From contig CAYQRM010000190.1 in the NCBI GenBank assembly GCA_964419785.1, forward strand, positions 31,290 through 95,289: a stretch of 64,000 nucleotides of DNA. Direction: 5' to 3'. The position numbers were made by a program, and so were the translations under genes. Under the pieces are notes generated by a model. That model saw nothing but the letters and a program-made list of their open reading frames with translations. It ran no database searches and was not told where the DNA came from. The DNA comes from an uncultured Solibacteraceae bacterium. Its GTDB lineage: Bacteria > Acidobacteriota > Vicinamibacteria > Vicinamibacterales > SCN-69-37. Shown one piece after another: positions 29,362 to 37,557 of this stretch (position 1 is its first letter; every line of letters begins with the position of its first letter).

Positions 29362-30455
29362 GCGCCACGATCCGATCGGGTTTCGTGACGGCGCTGTATC
29401 TGTTCGACGTCGCGGAGGCGATCGACGTCCTGGCGGTGAAGCGGCTGGTGGGCGATCGCGCCACGATCGCGACGCTCGACGACAAGTCGGCCGGCCCGCC
29501 GAGGCTGCACTACATTCAGCCGCCGGTCGTCGCGCCCGGCGAAGCGTTTCGCTGCCGCGAGCTCGACGGCTTCGCCGTCCGCGTGAAATTCTTCGACTAC
29601 GGCGTGGTCTCGCTGACGCTCACGCGCCCATTTGCCGGCGATTGGACGGACCTCGTGGCGCTCGGGCAGACGCTCATCGAAAACGAGCCGCTCGAACAGC
29701 ACGCGGCCGATGCGTGCAAACAAGTGCTGACCGTCGTCGAGAGCGCTCTGAGCGGGCGGCGCCCGACGCTGCTCGACGAAGACTATCTCGTATTCGCGAT
29801 CACCGCCGTCGATCCGCCGACGTCTGCGGCCGCGCTGGTCGACCAACACGGCGTCGACATCGCCCAGCTTCTGCGCGGCGAGCGTCAGGCGTTGAGCGTT
29901 CAGGAACGCGACGTCGTGCTGCGAAACGCGCTGTCGTACCTCACCGACGATCTCGTGATGCCGGCCTGGAACGCGGCGTTCATCTATGACACGGAGGCCG
30001 CCGCCGCTCAGGCGATCGAAATCCTCGAGTTTGCGAACTCCCAGCTGCTGGAGCTTCGGTACTACGACGACCTGCTCGAGACGGCGCTCACGCGCATCTA
30101 CGCCGAGCTTCGGCAGCCGCGCTGGACGGATCGCCTGGGGGGTCGGCGCTACACCCGCGCTGCCCGAGAGCTGCACGCACTCTTCATCGAGGTGAACGAG
30201 CTCACCGATCGGTTGGAGAACGCCGTCAAGTTCGTCGGCGACATCTACGCCGCGCGGCTCTTCGGCAACATCGCCGCGCGCCTCGGTCTCGATCGCTGGA
30301 AGAACAACGTCGAGGAGAAGCTCAGGACGCTGAACGAGATCTATCAGTCGGCCGTCCAGGAAACCGGCATGTCACAGGGCAACATCCTGGAGCTCGTGAT
30401 CGTGTTCATCCTCGTCATTGAGCTCGGACTGCTGCTCGCCGGCATCACCAAATAG
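29358..30455 (+). CDS. DUF155 / RMD1-like protein with C-terminal transmembrane helix
   Basis: Track ORF 29322..30455. ATG 29358 overlaps the upstream stop (ATGA). The layout is YLFDVAEAIDV, FFDYGVVSLTL, and a helical region, ending in the NILELVIVFILVIELGLLLAGI tail. This resembles the LEWIIIxLIxIE tail of DUF155 proteins. Confidence 0.55.
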   Translation: MSATIRSGFVTALYLFDVAEAIDVLAVKRLVGDRATIATLDDKSAGPPRLHYIQPPVVAPGEAFRCRELDGFAVRVKFFDYGVVSLTLTRPFAGDWTDLVALGQTLIENEPLEQHAADACKQVLTVVESALSGRRPTLLDEDYLVFAITAVDPPTSAAALVDQHGVDIAQLLRGERQALSVQERDVVLRNALSYLTDDLVMPAWNAAFIYDTEAAAAQAIEILEFANSQLLELRYYDDLLETALTRIYAELRQPRWTDRLGGRRYTRAARELHALFIEVNELTDRLENAVKFVGDIYAARLFGNIAARLGLDRWKNNVEEKLRTLNEIYQSAVQETGMSQGNILELVIVFILVIELGLLLAGITK

Positions 30456-30504
30456 AGTGGTGCCTCAATGACGCGATCCAGAAATCCTGAAATATATTGA
30501 TGCG

Positions 30505-31965
30505 GTGATCCCTCGCCTCCGCTTCGCTCCGTCGCCGACCGGCTATCTGCACGTCGGCGGAGCGCGCACGGCGTTGTTCAACTGGCTCTACGTCCGGCGC
30601 CACGGCGGCGCGTTCATCCTGCGGATTGAAGACACCGACGTCGAGCGAAGCTCGACCGACATGGTGACAGGCATTGTCGAGAGCTTGCGCTGGCTCGGAC
30701 TCGACTGGGACGAAGGTCCGGAGATCGGCGGCCCGCACGCGCCGTACTTTCAATCGGCGCGGCTCGACCGATATCGCGCTGCAGCTTCCGCGCTGATCGC
30801 GTCCGGTCACGCGTACTACTGTTACTGCAAGCCCGAGGAGTTGAGGGCGAAGCGCGAAGCCGCGGAAGCCGCCGGCCAGTCGGGCATGTACGACCGCACG
30901 TGCCGCCGCCTCACGCGCGAGGAATCTGCGCGCCGCGAGGCCGCGGGCGATCCGCGCGCGATCCGCTTCAAAGTGCCCGACGACGGCGCGACAACGTTCG
31001 TCGATCTCGTCCACGGCCCGATCACGGTCGACCACGACCACATCGAAGACTTCGTCGTCCTCCGCTCGGACAGCCATCCGACGTATCACCTCTCGGTCGT
31101 CGTCGACGACGTGGAGATGCAGGTGACGCACGTTGTGCGTGGCGACGACCATATCTCGAATACGCCGAAGCAGGTGCTGTTGTACGAAGCCATGCGAGCG
31201 CCCGTGCCCGCGTTTGCTCATGTGCCGCTCATTCTCGGCCCGGATAAGAAGCGACTGAGCAAGCGGCACGGCGCGACGTCCGTCGGCGAGTACGAGAAGC
31301 AAGGCTACTTGCCGGAAGCAATGGTGAATTTTCTGGCGCTGCTCGGCTGGTCGCCGGGCGGGGATCGCGAGGTGTTCACGCGCGACGAGCTCGTATCGCT
31401 CTTCACGCTCGAGGGCATCAGCGGCGGCAACGCCGTCTTCGGCCCTGACAAGCTCGATTGGTTCAACCAGCAGCACCTGATGCGCCTGCCGAACGGCGAG
31501 ATCCTGCGGCGCCTGCAGCCGGCGCTCGTCCAGGCCGGCCTCTGGCGAGACTCGTTCGTGGATCGCGACCGGGAATGGATCTCGCAGGTGATCGATCTCC
31601 TCAAGCCGCGCGCCCGCAAGCTCAATGATCTGGTCGACGCGCTCCGGCCGTTCATCGTCGATCGCGTGGAGCGCGATCCGGCGGCGGTATCGAGGTACCT
31701 GTCCGCGCCCGATCTTGCGCCGCATCTCGAGGCCTGGCATGAGAAGCTACGCGACGTTGCGCCGTTCGATCCGCCGACGCTCGAGAGCGCGCTTCGAGCG
31801 TTGGCTGACGCGCGCGGCATCAAGGCTGGCGCGCTGATTCATGCCACGCGCGTTGCGGTGGTCGGTCAGGCCGTCAGTCCAGGTCTCTTCGAGGTGCTCG
31901 CGCTGGTCGGCCGCGATCGCGTGCTCGCGAGACTCGCCGACGCCGCACGAGTGCTCCAGTCCTGA
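30505..31965 (+). CDS. gltX: glutamate--tRNA ligase
   Basis: It has the class I HIGH region (RFAPSPTGYLHVGGARTALFNWLY) and the KMSKS region (KKRLSKRHG). It is 486 aa and starts at GTG 30505. Confidence 0.95.
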   Translation: MIPRLRFAPSPTGYLHVGGARTALFNWLYVRRHGGAFILRIEDTDVERSSTDMVTGIVESLRWLGLDWDEGPEIGGPHAPYFQSARLDRYRAAASALIASGHAYYCYCKPEELRAKREAAEAAGQSGMYDRTCRRLTREESARREAAGDPRAIRFKVPDDGATTFVDLVHGPITVDHDHIEDFVVLRSDSHPTYHLSVVVDDVEMQVTHVVRGDDHISNTPKQVLLYEAMRAPVPAFAHVPLILGPDKKRLSKRHGATSVGEYEKQGYLPEAMVNFLALLGWSPGGDREVFTRDELVSLFTLEGISGGNAVFGPDKLDWFNQQHLMRLPNGEILRRLQPALVQAGLWRDSFVDRDREWISQVIDLLKPRARKLNDLVDALRPFIVDRVERDPAAVSRYLSAPDLAPHLEAWHEKLRDVAPFDPPTLESALRALADARGIKAGALIHATRVAVVGQAVSPGLFEVLALVGRDRVLARLADAARVLQS

Positions 31966-32004
31966 CCGCTCCGCCGCCTATACTCTCAGGGACCCGGACC
32001 AACG

Positions 32005-32685
32005 ATGGCGAAGCGCGCAAAGAAGGTCGCTCCGAAGAGTCTCGTCAAGGCGAACTGGGCCGCGCTTGCGGGCACCGAGCAGGAATTCGAGCGCGCGCGC
32101 AGGCAGTTGATGCGGCGCGACGCCAGGCTGGCGCCGCACATCAAGCGCGTCGGCCGCTGCCGGCTGCCCGACAGCCGCACCCGCCATCCGTTTGCGGCGC
32201 TCGTGCGCGCGATTCTCTCGCAGCAGCTGTCAGGAAAGGCCGCGGACACGATTCATGGCCGCATGGTCCGGCTCCTGGGCGGTCCGGAGCATCTGACGCC
32301 CGCGCGCTTGCTTGCGGCCGATCAGAAGGCGCTTCGCGCTGCGGGGATCAGCTGGCCGAAGATCTCGTACCTCCGAGATCTCGCCGAGCGCGTGCACGAT
32401 GGCCGTCTCGATCTCGACGCGCTCGAACATCGGTCCGACGATGAAGTGATCGAAACGATCACCGCCGTCAAAGGTCTGGGCCGCTGGTCGGCCGAAATGT
32501 TCTTGATGTTCCGCCTCAATCGTCCAGACGTCTTTCCCGTCGGCGATCTCGGGATCGTCAAAGGCGTGCAGAAGCTCTACGGCATGAAGCGCCGGCCGCA
32601 CCCGCGAACGATGGAACGGCTCGCCGAGCCGTGGCGTCCGTATCGATCGGTCGCGGCGTGGTATCTCTGGCGGCTGCTGGAGTAA
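32005..32685 (+). CDS. DNA-3-methyladenine glycosylase II family protein (HhH-GPD, AlkA-like)
   Basis: The sequence ILSQQLSGKAADTIHGRM and the helix-hairpin-helix VKGLGRWSAEMFLMFRL, followed by PDVFPVGDLGIVKGV (catalytic Asp context), support the call. Confidence 0.82.
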   Translation: MAKRAKKVAPKSLVKANWAALAGTEQEFERARRQLMRRDARLAPHIKRVGRCRLPDSRTRHPFAALVRAILSQQLSGKAADTIHGRMVRLLGGPEHLTPARLLAADQKALRAAGISWPKISYLRDLAERVHDGRLDLDALEHRSDDEVIETITAVKGLGRWSAEMFLMFRLNRPDVFPVGDLGIVKGVQKLYGMKRRPHPRTMERLAEPWRPYRSVAAWYLWRLLE

Positions 32686-32688
32686 CAG

Positions 32689-35475
32689 ATGCGCTGTCCG
32701 TCCTGCCGCGCCAGCCTTCCCGACTCGAGCCGCTTTTGTCCCTCGTGCGGCGTGTCGCTCGACGTGTCGTCCGGCGAGACCCGGCTGGCTGATGACCGGA
32801 CGCGGATGGCGGACGATCGGACGCGCCTGGCTGACGACCAGACGCGTCCCGCGCCGGCGACCAGCGGCGCGCGGTCGGGTTCGACGACGAGTGGATGGCT
32901 GAGCTCGTCGGGATCGATCGATCACGGACGATTCGCGCCGGGCGCCGTGCTCGACAACCGCTATCGCATCATCGGATTGCTGGGCCGCGGCGGGATGGGC
33001 GAAGTGTATCGCGCCGACGACCTGCGGCTGGGCCAGCCCGTTGCACTGAAGTTCCTGCCGGCGGATCTTTCGAGCAACGCGCGCCGCCTCGCGCAGTTTC
33101 ACAACGAAGTGCGGATCGCCCGCCAGGTGTCGCATCCGAACGTCTGTCGGGTGTATGACATCGGCGAGGTTGACGGCGCGCTGTACTTGTCGATGGAGTA
33201 CGTCGACGGCGAAGATCTGGCGGCGTCGCTCAAGCGCGTCGGCAGGTTTCCGGAGGATCGCGCGATCGAGCTCGCGCGGCAGATCGCCGCGGGCCTCGCG
33301 GCCGCGCACGAACGCGGCGTGATTCATCGTGACCTCAAGCCCGCGAACGTCATGCTCGACTCGTCGGGCCGAGTCCGCCTGATGGATTTTGGCCTCGCGG
33401 CAATCGGCGATGTCGGTGACATCCGCGTCGGCACGCCCGCCTACATGGCGCCCGAGCAGCTCGAGGGGCGCGAGGTCACGCTCAAGAGCGACATCTACGC
33501 GCTGGGGCTGGTGCTGTACGAGTTGTTCACCGGGCGCCGTGCCTTCACGGCCGGGACGCTCGCCGATCTCATCCAGGAACAGCAATCGGGCAGCATCACG
33601 GCGCCGACCGAGATCGTCAAGAACCTCGATCCGGCGATCGAGCGCGCGATCATGCGCTGTCTCGATCGCGACCCGGCGAAGCGGCCTGCATCGGCGCTCG
33701 CGGTGTCGGCGGCGCTGCCGGGCGGCGATCCGCTGGCTGCCGCGCTTGCCGCCGGCGAGACGCCGTCGCCGGAAATGGTCGCGGCCGCGGGCGGCGAGGA
33801 GATCGTGCTCTCGCGCACGATCGGTTCTACGTATCTCGCGCTGACGGTCGCGCTGTTGATCGTTGCGCTGCAGATGTCTGGCGCGTCGATGCTGTCGCGC
33901 GTGTCGCTCGAGAAGCCGCCCGAAGTGCTGGCCGATCGCGCCGAGCAGATCCGCGAGTCACTTGGCTACACGGCTCCCGTCGTCGATCGCGCCATCGGCT
34001 ACGAATACAGCGGCGGCTATCTGAACTGGGCCAAGCGCCAGGGCGCGGGCGCCAGCCGATGGACCGTGCTTTCAGGCGCGCGTCCGGCGCCGTTGTATTT
34101 CTGGCGCCGGACGAGCCCGCGCGTGCTCATCCCGGTGGATCAGACCGGCAGCCCCGGGCGCGGCGACCCGCCGATGGACGTCACGGCGATGACGCTCGTC
34201 GACATCGACACGATGGGCCGCCTCCTGCGATTCTCCGCGGTGCCGCCGCAAGTCGAGCGGCCCGACGATCCGCCCGCGCCGGCGTTGGACTGGAGCGTTG
34301 CCTTCTCGGCTGCCGGGCTCGATCAACAGACGTTTCACGAGGTCGCGCCCCAGAGAACACCGGACACGTTCGCCGACGATCGACGCGCGTGGGAGGGCGC
34401 GTTCCCCGGCACGGACACGAAGGTGCGGCTCGAGGGCGCGTCGTACCGCGGCAGGATTGTCTGGTTCGCGCTGATCGGACCGTGGTCCGTGCCGACGCGC
34501 GATACGCCATTCGACGTCGCCGACAACAGCACGCCGCCGGCGCAGGTCTTCGTGATTCTCGCATTGCTGCTCCTGGCCGCGTGGCTCGCGCACCGCAACG
34601 TCCAGTCAGGCCGGGCGGATCGGCGCGGCAGTTTCCGGCTCGCGGCCTTTACGTTTTTTCTGTTCATGACGCAGTGGGCGGTGGCCCCGCACGTGTCGAA
34701 CATCCCGGCGGAGTGGACGAGATTTCTTCTGAGCGGCTTGGCGATCGCGCTGCTGCTCGCCGCGATTCTCTACATCGTGTACCTGGCGCTCGAGCCATTC
34801 ATCCGGCGGAGCTGGCCGACCGTGCTCGTTGGCTGGACGCGGCTGGTGTCCGGGCGTTTCCGCGATCCGATCGTGGGCCGCGATCTGCTGGCCGGTGTGA
34901 TGTTCGGCGTCGCGTTCGGCGTGTTCGATCTGGTCCTTCAAGTGATGCCCGTCTGGTTCGGGCGGCCCGAGCCGATTCCCCACCAGCCGCAGATCAACAC
35001 GTTGCTCGGCTTGCACGAGCTCACGATCAGCCTGCTCGGCTGCCTGAACAACGGCTTGCAAAACGGCCTCATTTTCACGCTGCAGTTCGCGCTCGTGCGT
35101 GATTTTCTGCTGAGACTCGCGCGACGCCTGGGGCCGAACGCCGCGGCGGACGTCTCGACGGCCATCGCCATCGTCCTCGTGACGCTCATCAACATGCTCA
35201 CGAGCCGAAGCGACTGGTGGCTCGTGACCACGATGTCGACGATCGAGACAGCCCTGACGCTCCTCGTGCTGCTGCGGATTGGCCTGTTGGCCACGACGGT
35301 GATGTTCGTCATCACCGCCCTGATTCAGCGGATGCCGCTCACGCTCGACGGCACGAAGTTCTATGCGAACGAAGGCTGGTTGGCCGTGGCGATCGTGTTC
35401 GGTCTGGGCGCGCTCGGCTTCTGGACGGCTCGTCAACAGGCGCAGGCGCCCGGGCGTATAGCCGTAAGAGCGTAG
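32689..35475 (+). CDS. serine/threonine protein kinase with N-terminal zinc ribbon and polytopic C-terminal membrane domain (paralog of 10501..13131)
   Basis: 928 aa. It has the zinc ribbon MRCPSCRASLPDSSRFCPSCG and the kinase motifs GRGGMGEVY, VALKFL, HRDLKPANVM, DFGLA and GTPAYMAPE. It shares the juxtamembrane LPGGDPLAAALAAGETPSPEMVA and the C-terminal motifs YLALEPFIRRSWP and WTRLVSGRFRDPIVGR with the paralog. Confidence 0.9.
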   Translation: MRCPSCRASLPDSSRFCPSCGVSLDVSSGETRLADDRTRMADDRTRLADDQTRPAPATSGARSGSTTSGWLSSSGSIDHGRFAPGAVLDNRYRIIGLLGRGGMGEVYRADDLRLGQPVALKFLPADLSSNARRLAQFHNEVRIARQVSHPNVCRVYDIGEVDGALYLSMEYVDGEDLAASLKRVGRFPEDRAIELARQIAAGLAAAHERGVIHRDLKPANVMLDSSGRVRLMDFGLAAIGDVGDIRVGTPAYMAPEQLEGREVTLKSDIYALGLVLYELFTGRRAFTAGTLADLIQEQQSGSITAPTEIVKNLDPAIERAIMRCLDRDPAKRPASALAVSAALPGGDPLAAALAAGETPSPEMVAAAGGEEIVLSRTIGSTYLALTVALLIVALQMSGASMLSRVSLEKPPEVLADRAEQIRESLGYTAPVVDRAIGYEYSGGYLNWAKRQGAGASRWTVLSGARPAPLYFWRRTSPRVLIPVDQTGSPGRGDPPMDVTAMTLVDIDTMGRLLRFSAVPPQVERPDDPPAPALDWSVAFSAAGLDQQTFHEVAPQRTPDTFADDRRAWEGAFPGTDTKVRLEGASYRGRIVWFALIGPWSVPTRDTPFDVADNSTPPAQVFVILALLLLAAWLAHRNVQSGRADRRGSFRLAAFTFFLFMTQWAVAPHVSNIPAEWTRFLLSGLAIALLLAAILYIVYLALEPFIRRSWPTVLVGWTRLVSGRFRDPIVGRDLLAGVMFGVAFGVFDLVLQVMPVWFGRPEPIPHQPQINTLLGLHELTISLLGCLNNGLQNGLIFTLQFALVRDFLLRLARRLGPNAAADVSTAIAIVLVTLINMLTSRSDWWLVTTMSTIETALTLLVLLRIGLLATTVMFVITALIQRMPLTLDGTKFYANEGWLAVAIVFGLGALGFWTARQQAQAPGRIAVRA
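32776..32847 (+). repeat. in-frame 21-nt tandem repeat (about 3.4 copies) encoding (T/E)RLADD(R/Q) heptapeptides
   Basis: The units are GAGACCCGGCTGGCTGATGAC, CGGACGCGGATGGCGGACGAT, CGGACGCGCCTGGCTGACGAC and CAGACGCGTCCC. They translate to ETRLADD RTRMADD RTRLADD QTRP and lie between the zinc ribbon and the kinase domain. Confidence 0.85.
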
Positions 35476-35500
35476 GCAGCGGTGTCTGCCGATTCGCCTC

Positions 35501-36958
35501 ATGCCTTTGCTGCTTCGCCCCCGCGTCGCCATCACGAGCTTGCTCATCGCCGTTCCCGCGGCGTTGCTGCTGCTTTACGCGATCGCGTCGATTCGGGCGG
35601 CGGATGCGTCGCTCTCGCTCGAGCGTTTCGTCACGTCCCAGATCAACGATCAAGTGCGCGAGCGGTGCGAGAGCGATCCGATGTGGTTCCTGACGGGACC
35701 GCTGCCCGGCCGTCCGCCGCACGGCACCGTGCAGAACGCGGATCCCGATGCGATGGGACCGCGGCCGAAGGTCGAGGAGCAGCCGTTCGAGCTCTTCGCG
35801 TTCGACGAGGACTTTCTGGGCTCGAGCACGGCCACGCCGCGTTTCCCCAACGACCTCCGCATCGGACTCCGCCGATCGTCGAAGCCGATCATCGAGCCAT
35901 TCGACACGAAGGACGGTGCCGGCCTGCAGATGGCGGCCTGGACGGGCTGGATCACGGGACCGTGCGCGGTCTTTCTGGGCCGCATGCGTCCGGTGCCGCA
36001 CGCGTTTCGATCCCAGGTCGAATTGTTTGGCGGTCTGCTCTTCGTTTGTTATGCGGTGGCGTTGTTGTCGGTCGCGCCGACGGTGTTTCGCATCCGCCGG
36101 CTGGCCGGCGACGCCCGCGAGGCTTCGCGAGAACAACACGCATCGATCGCGCCAGATCGCAAGCGCGACGAAATCAGCTCGATCGCGTTCGTCTACAACG
36201 AGACGGCCAAGCTGCTGCACGAACGGACGACGGGGACCAAAGAACGTGATGAAACGCTCAAGCGGTTCGTCGAGGACGCGGCCGGCATGGCAAGGCCGCT
36301 CGACGCGCTGACCGCGAGGCTCGGCGTGCTCGAAATGCGCGACGGCGTACCCGGCGGCCTTCGCGCCGAGCTGCGCGAAGCCGTGCGCGCGGCCCACGAT
36401 CTCGAAGCGCGCCTCGGCAATCTCTCGATGGCGGCCGAACTGCATGCGCGCCGCGGTCCGTTCGTGCGCGAGACGCTCGATCTCGATCCGCTGCTCGCGC
36501 GCGTCGTGAGCCGCCACGAGGCGCTCGCGCGGACGATGGACGTCACGCTGCACGTCGCCGTGCCGTCCGCCCCGGTCATGGTCTCTGCCGATCAAGCCAA
36601 GCTCGATCGCGCGCTGGGCAATTTGATCGACAACGCGATCCGCTACAACCGCGCCGGCGGAGAAGTCGACGTCGAGTTGAGCGCGGGCAGTGCCGGGGCG
36701 TTCGTCCTGAAGATTCGCGACAACGGACGCGGCGTCACGGACGAAGACTTCAAGTCGCTAACGGCGATTCGCCGCTTTCGGGGCGACGAAGGACGCGAGC
36801 GCCGGCCCGGCGTGCCGGGCCTTGGATTAGCCGTGGCGCGGGAAGTGATCGAGCGGTTGGGATGGAAGCTCGACCTCGGCCGCCACGCGACGGGCGGCGT
36901 CGAGGTCGAGGTGAGTGGATTGGCGGCGTCTACTTCGCCGGCGCCTTTGGCTCGATGA
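35501..36958 (+). CDS. membrane sensor histidine kinase-like protein with degenerate H-box (phospho-acceptor His absent)
   Basis: It has two TM helices flanking a periplasmic segment of about 150 aa, followed by a HAMP-like linker. The DHp region reads KRFVEDAAGMARPLDALTARL, with Gly where the conserved His is expected. The HATPase_c boxes are intact: N (LGNLIDNAIRYN), G1 (IRDNGRGV) and G2 (GLGLAVAREV). Confidence 0.8.
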   Translation: MPLLLRPRVAITSLLIAVPAALLLLYAIASIRAADASLSLERFVTSQINDQVRERCESDPMWFLTGPLPGRPPHGTVQNADPDAMGPRPKVEEQPFELFAFDEDFLGSSTATPRFPNDLRIGLRRSSKPIIEPFDTKDGAGLQMAAWTGWITGPCAVFLGRMRPVPHAFRSQVELFGGLLFVCYAVALLSVAPTVFRIRRLAGDAREASREQHASIAPDRKRDEISSIAFVYNETAKLLHERTTGTKERDETLKRFVEDAAGMARPLDALTARLGVLEMRDGVPGGLRAELREAVRAAHDLEARLGNLSMAAELHARRGPFVRETLDLDPLLARVVSRHEALARTMDVTLHVAVPSAPVMVSADQAKLDRALGNLIDNAIRYNRAGGEVDVELSAGSAGAFVLKIRDNGRGVTDEDFKSLTAIRRFRGDEGRERRPGVPGLGLAVAREVIERLGWKLDLGRHATGGVEVEVSGLAASTSPAPLAR

Positions 36959-37517
36959 TGATCGGATCCGGCACGTGATTGACGACCGGTGGAATCGTTT
37001 TCAGATACGCGAAGATCGCCTTCAGGTCCTCGTCTGAATAGTTGCGGAAGGCCGGCCACGGCATCGGCGGCAGAATCGGCCGCGACGTGCCCATGTGCTT
37101 GCCCTCGCGAATCGCCTTGATGAACATGTCCTCGGTCCAGATGCCGAGGCCCGTGTTCTGATCGGGCGTCAGATTCGCCGTGTACGAAATGCCCCACGGT
37201 CCGGACCACGCGGTGAACGTGTTCGAGACCGCGGCCATCCACGTACCTTCGAGCTTGGGCGGCTTGTCGACTTTCATGCCTTCCGGATGGCCGGACAGCA
37301 TGCGCGACATGTCAGGCTCGGGCCCGTTCGCGCCCATCTTCATCGGCGTGTGACAGTCGTTGCAGCCGGCGGCGGACACCAGATACTTGCCGCGCTCGGC
37401 CGGAGACGGTTTGGGGGCGACGGCCACGGTGGGCGTCGGTGGGGGCGCGGTCTCAGAGCACGCTGCCGTGATGAGCAGAGCCGTACCACCAACCAACCAG
37501 ATTCCAACTGACTTCAT
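36930..37517 (-). CDS. c-type cytochrome (single CxxCH), lipoprotein-like signal
   Basis: It has the signal MKSVGIWLVGGTALLITAACSE, the heme-binding site GCNDCH, and a distal Met candidate in PILPPMPWPAF. The 3-prime end overlaps the convergent kinase gene by 29 bp. Confidence 0.82.
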   Translation of the reverse strand: MKSVGIWLVGGTALLITAACSETAPPPTPTVAVAPKPSPAERGKYLVSAAGCNDCHTPMKMGANGPEPDMSRMLSGHPEGMKVDKPPKLEGTWMAAVSNTFTAWSGPWGISYTANLTPDQNTGLGIWTEDMFIKAIREGKHMGTSRPILPPMPWPAFRNYSDEDLKAIFAYLKTIPPVVNHVPDPIIIEPKAPAK

Positions 37518-37557
37518 TCGATACCTCCAGGGAGCATGCGAAACGCGGAAGTATAGC

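Noticed and set aside
28021-31740. Minus-strand ORFs 28021..29307, 29352..30176 and 30445..31740.
   Set aside because: They are antisense to the ligase-like, DUF155-like and gltX genes. gltX is unambiguous (HIGH and KMSKS motifs), so these opposite-strand ORFs are shadows.
32230-36595. Minus-strand ORFs 32230..33585, 34606..35547 and 35339..36595, and plus-strand alternative-frame ORFs (34059..35102, 35482..36249).
   Set aside because: They overlap the AlkA-like, kinase and histidine-kinase-like genes. Their translations are Arg-rich and low-complexity.
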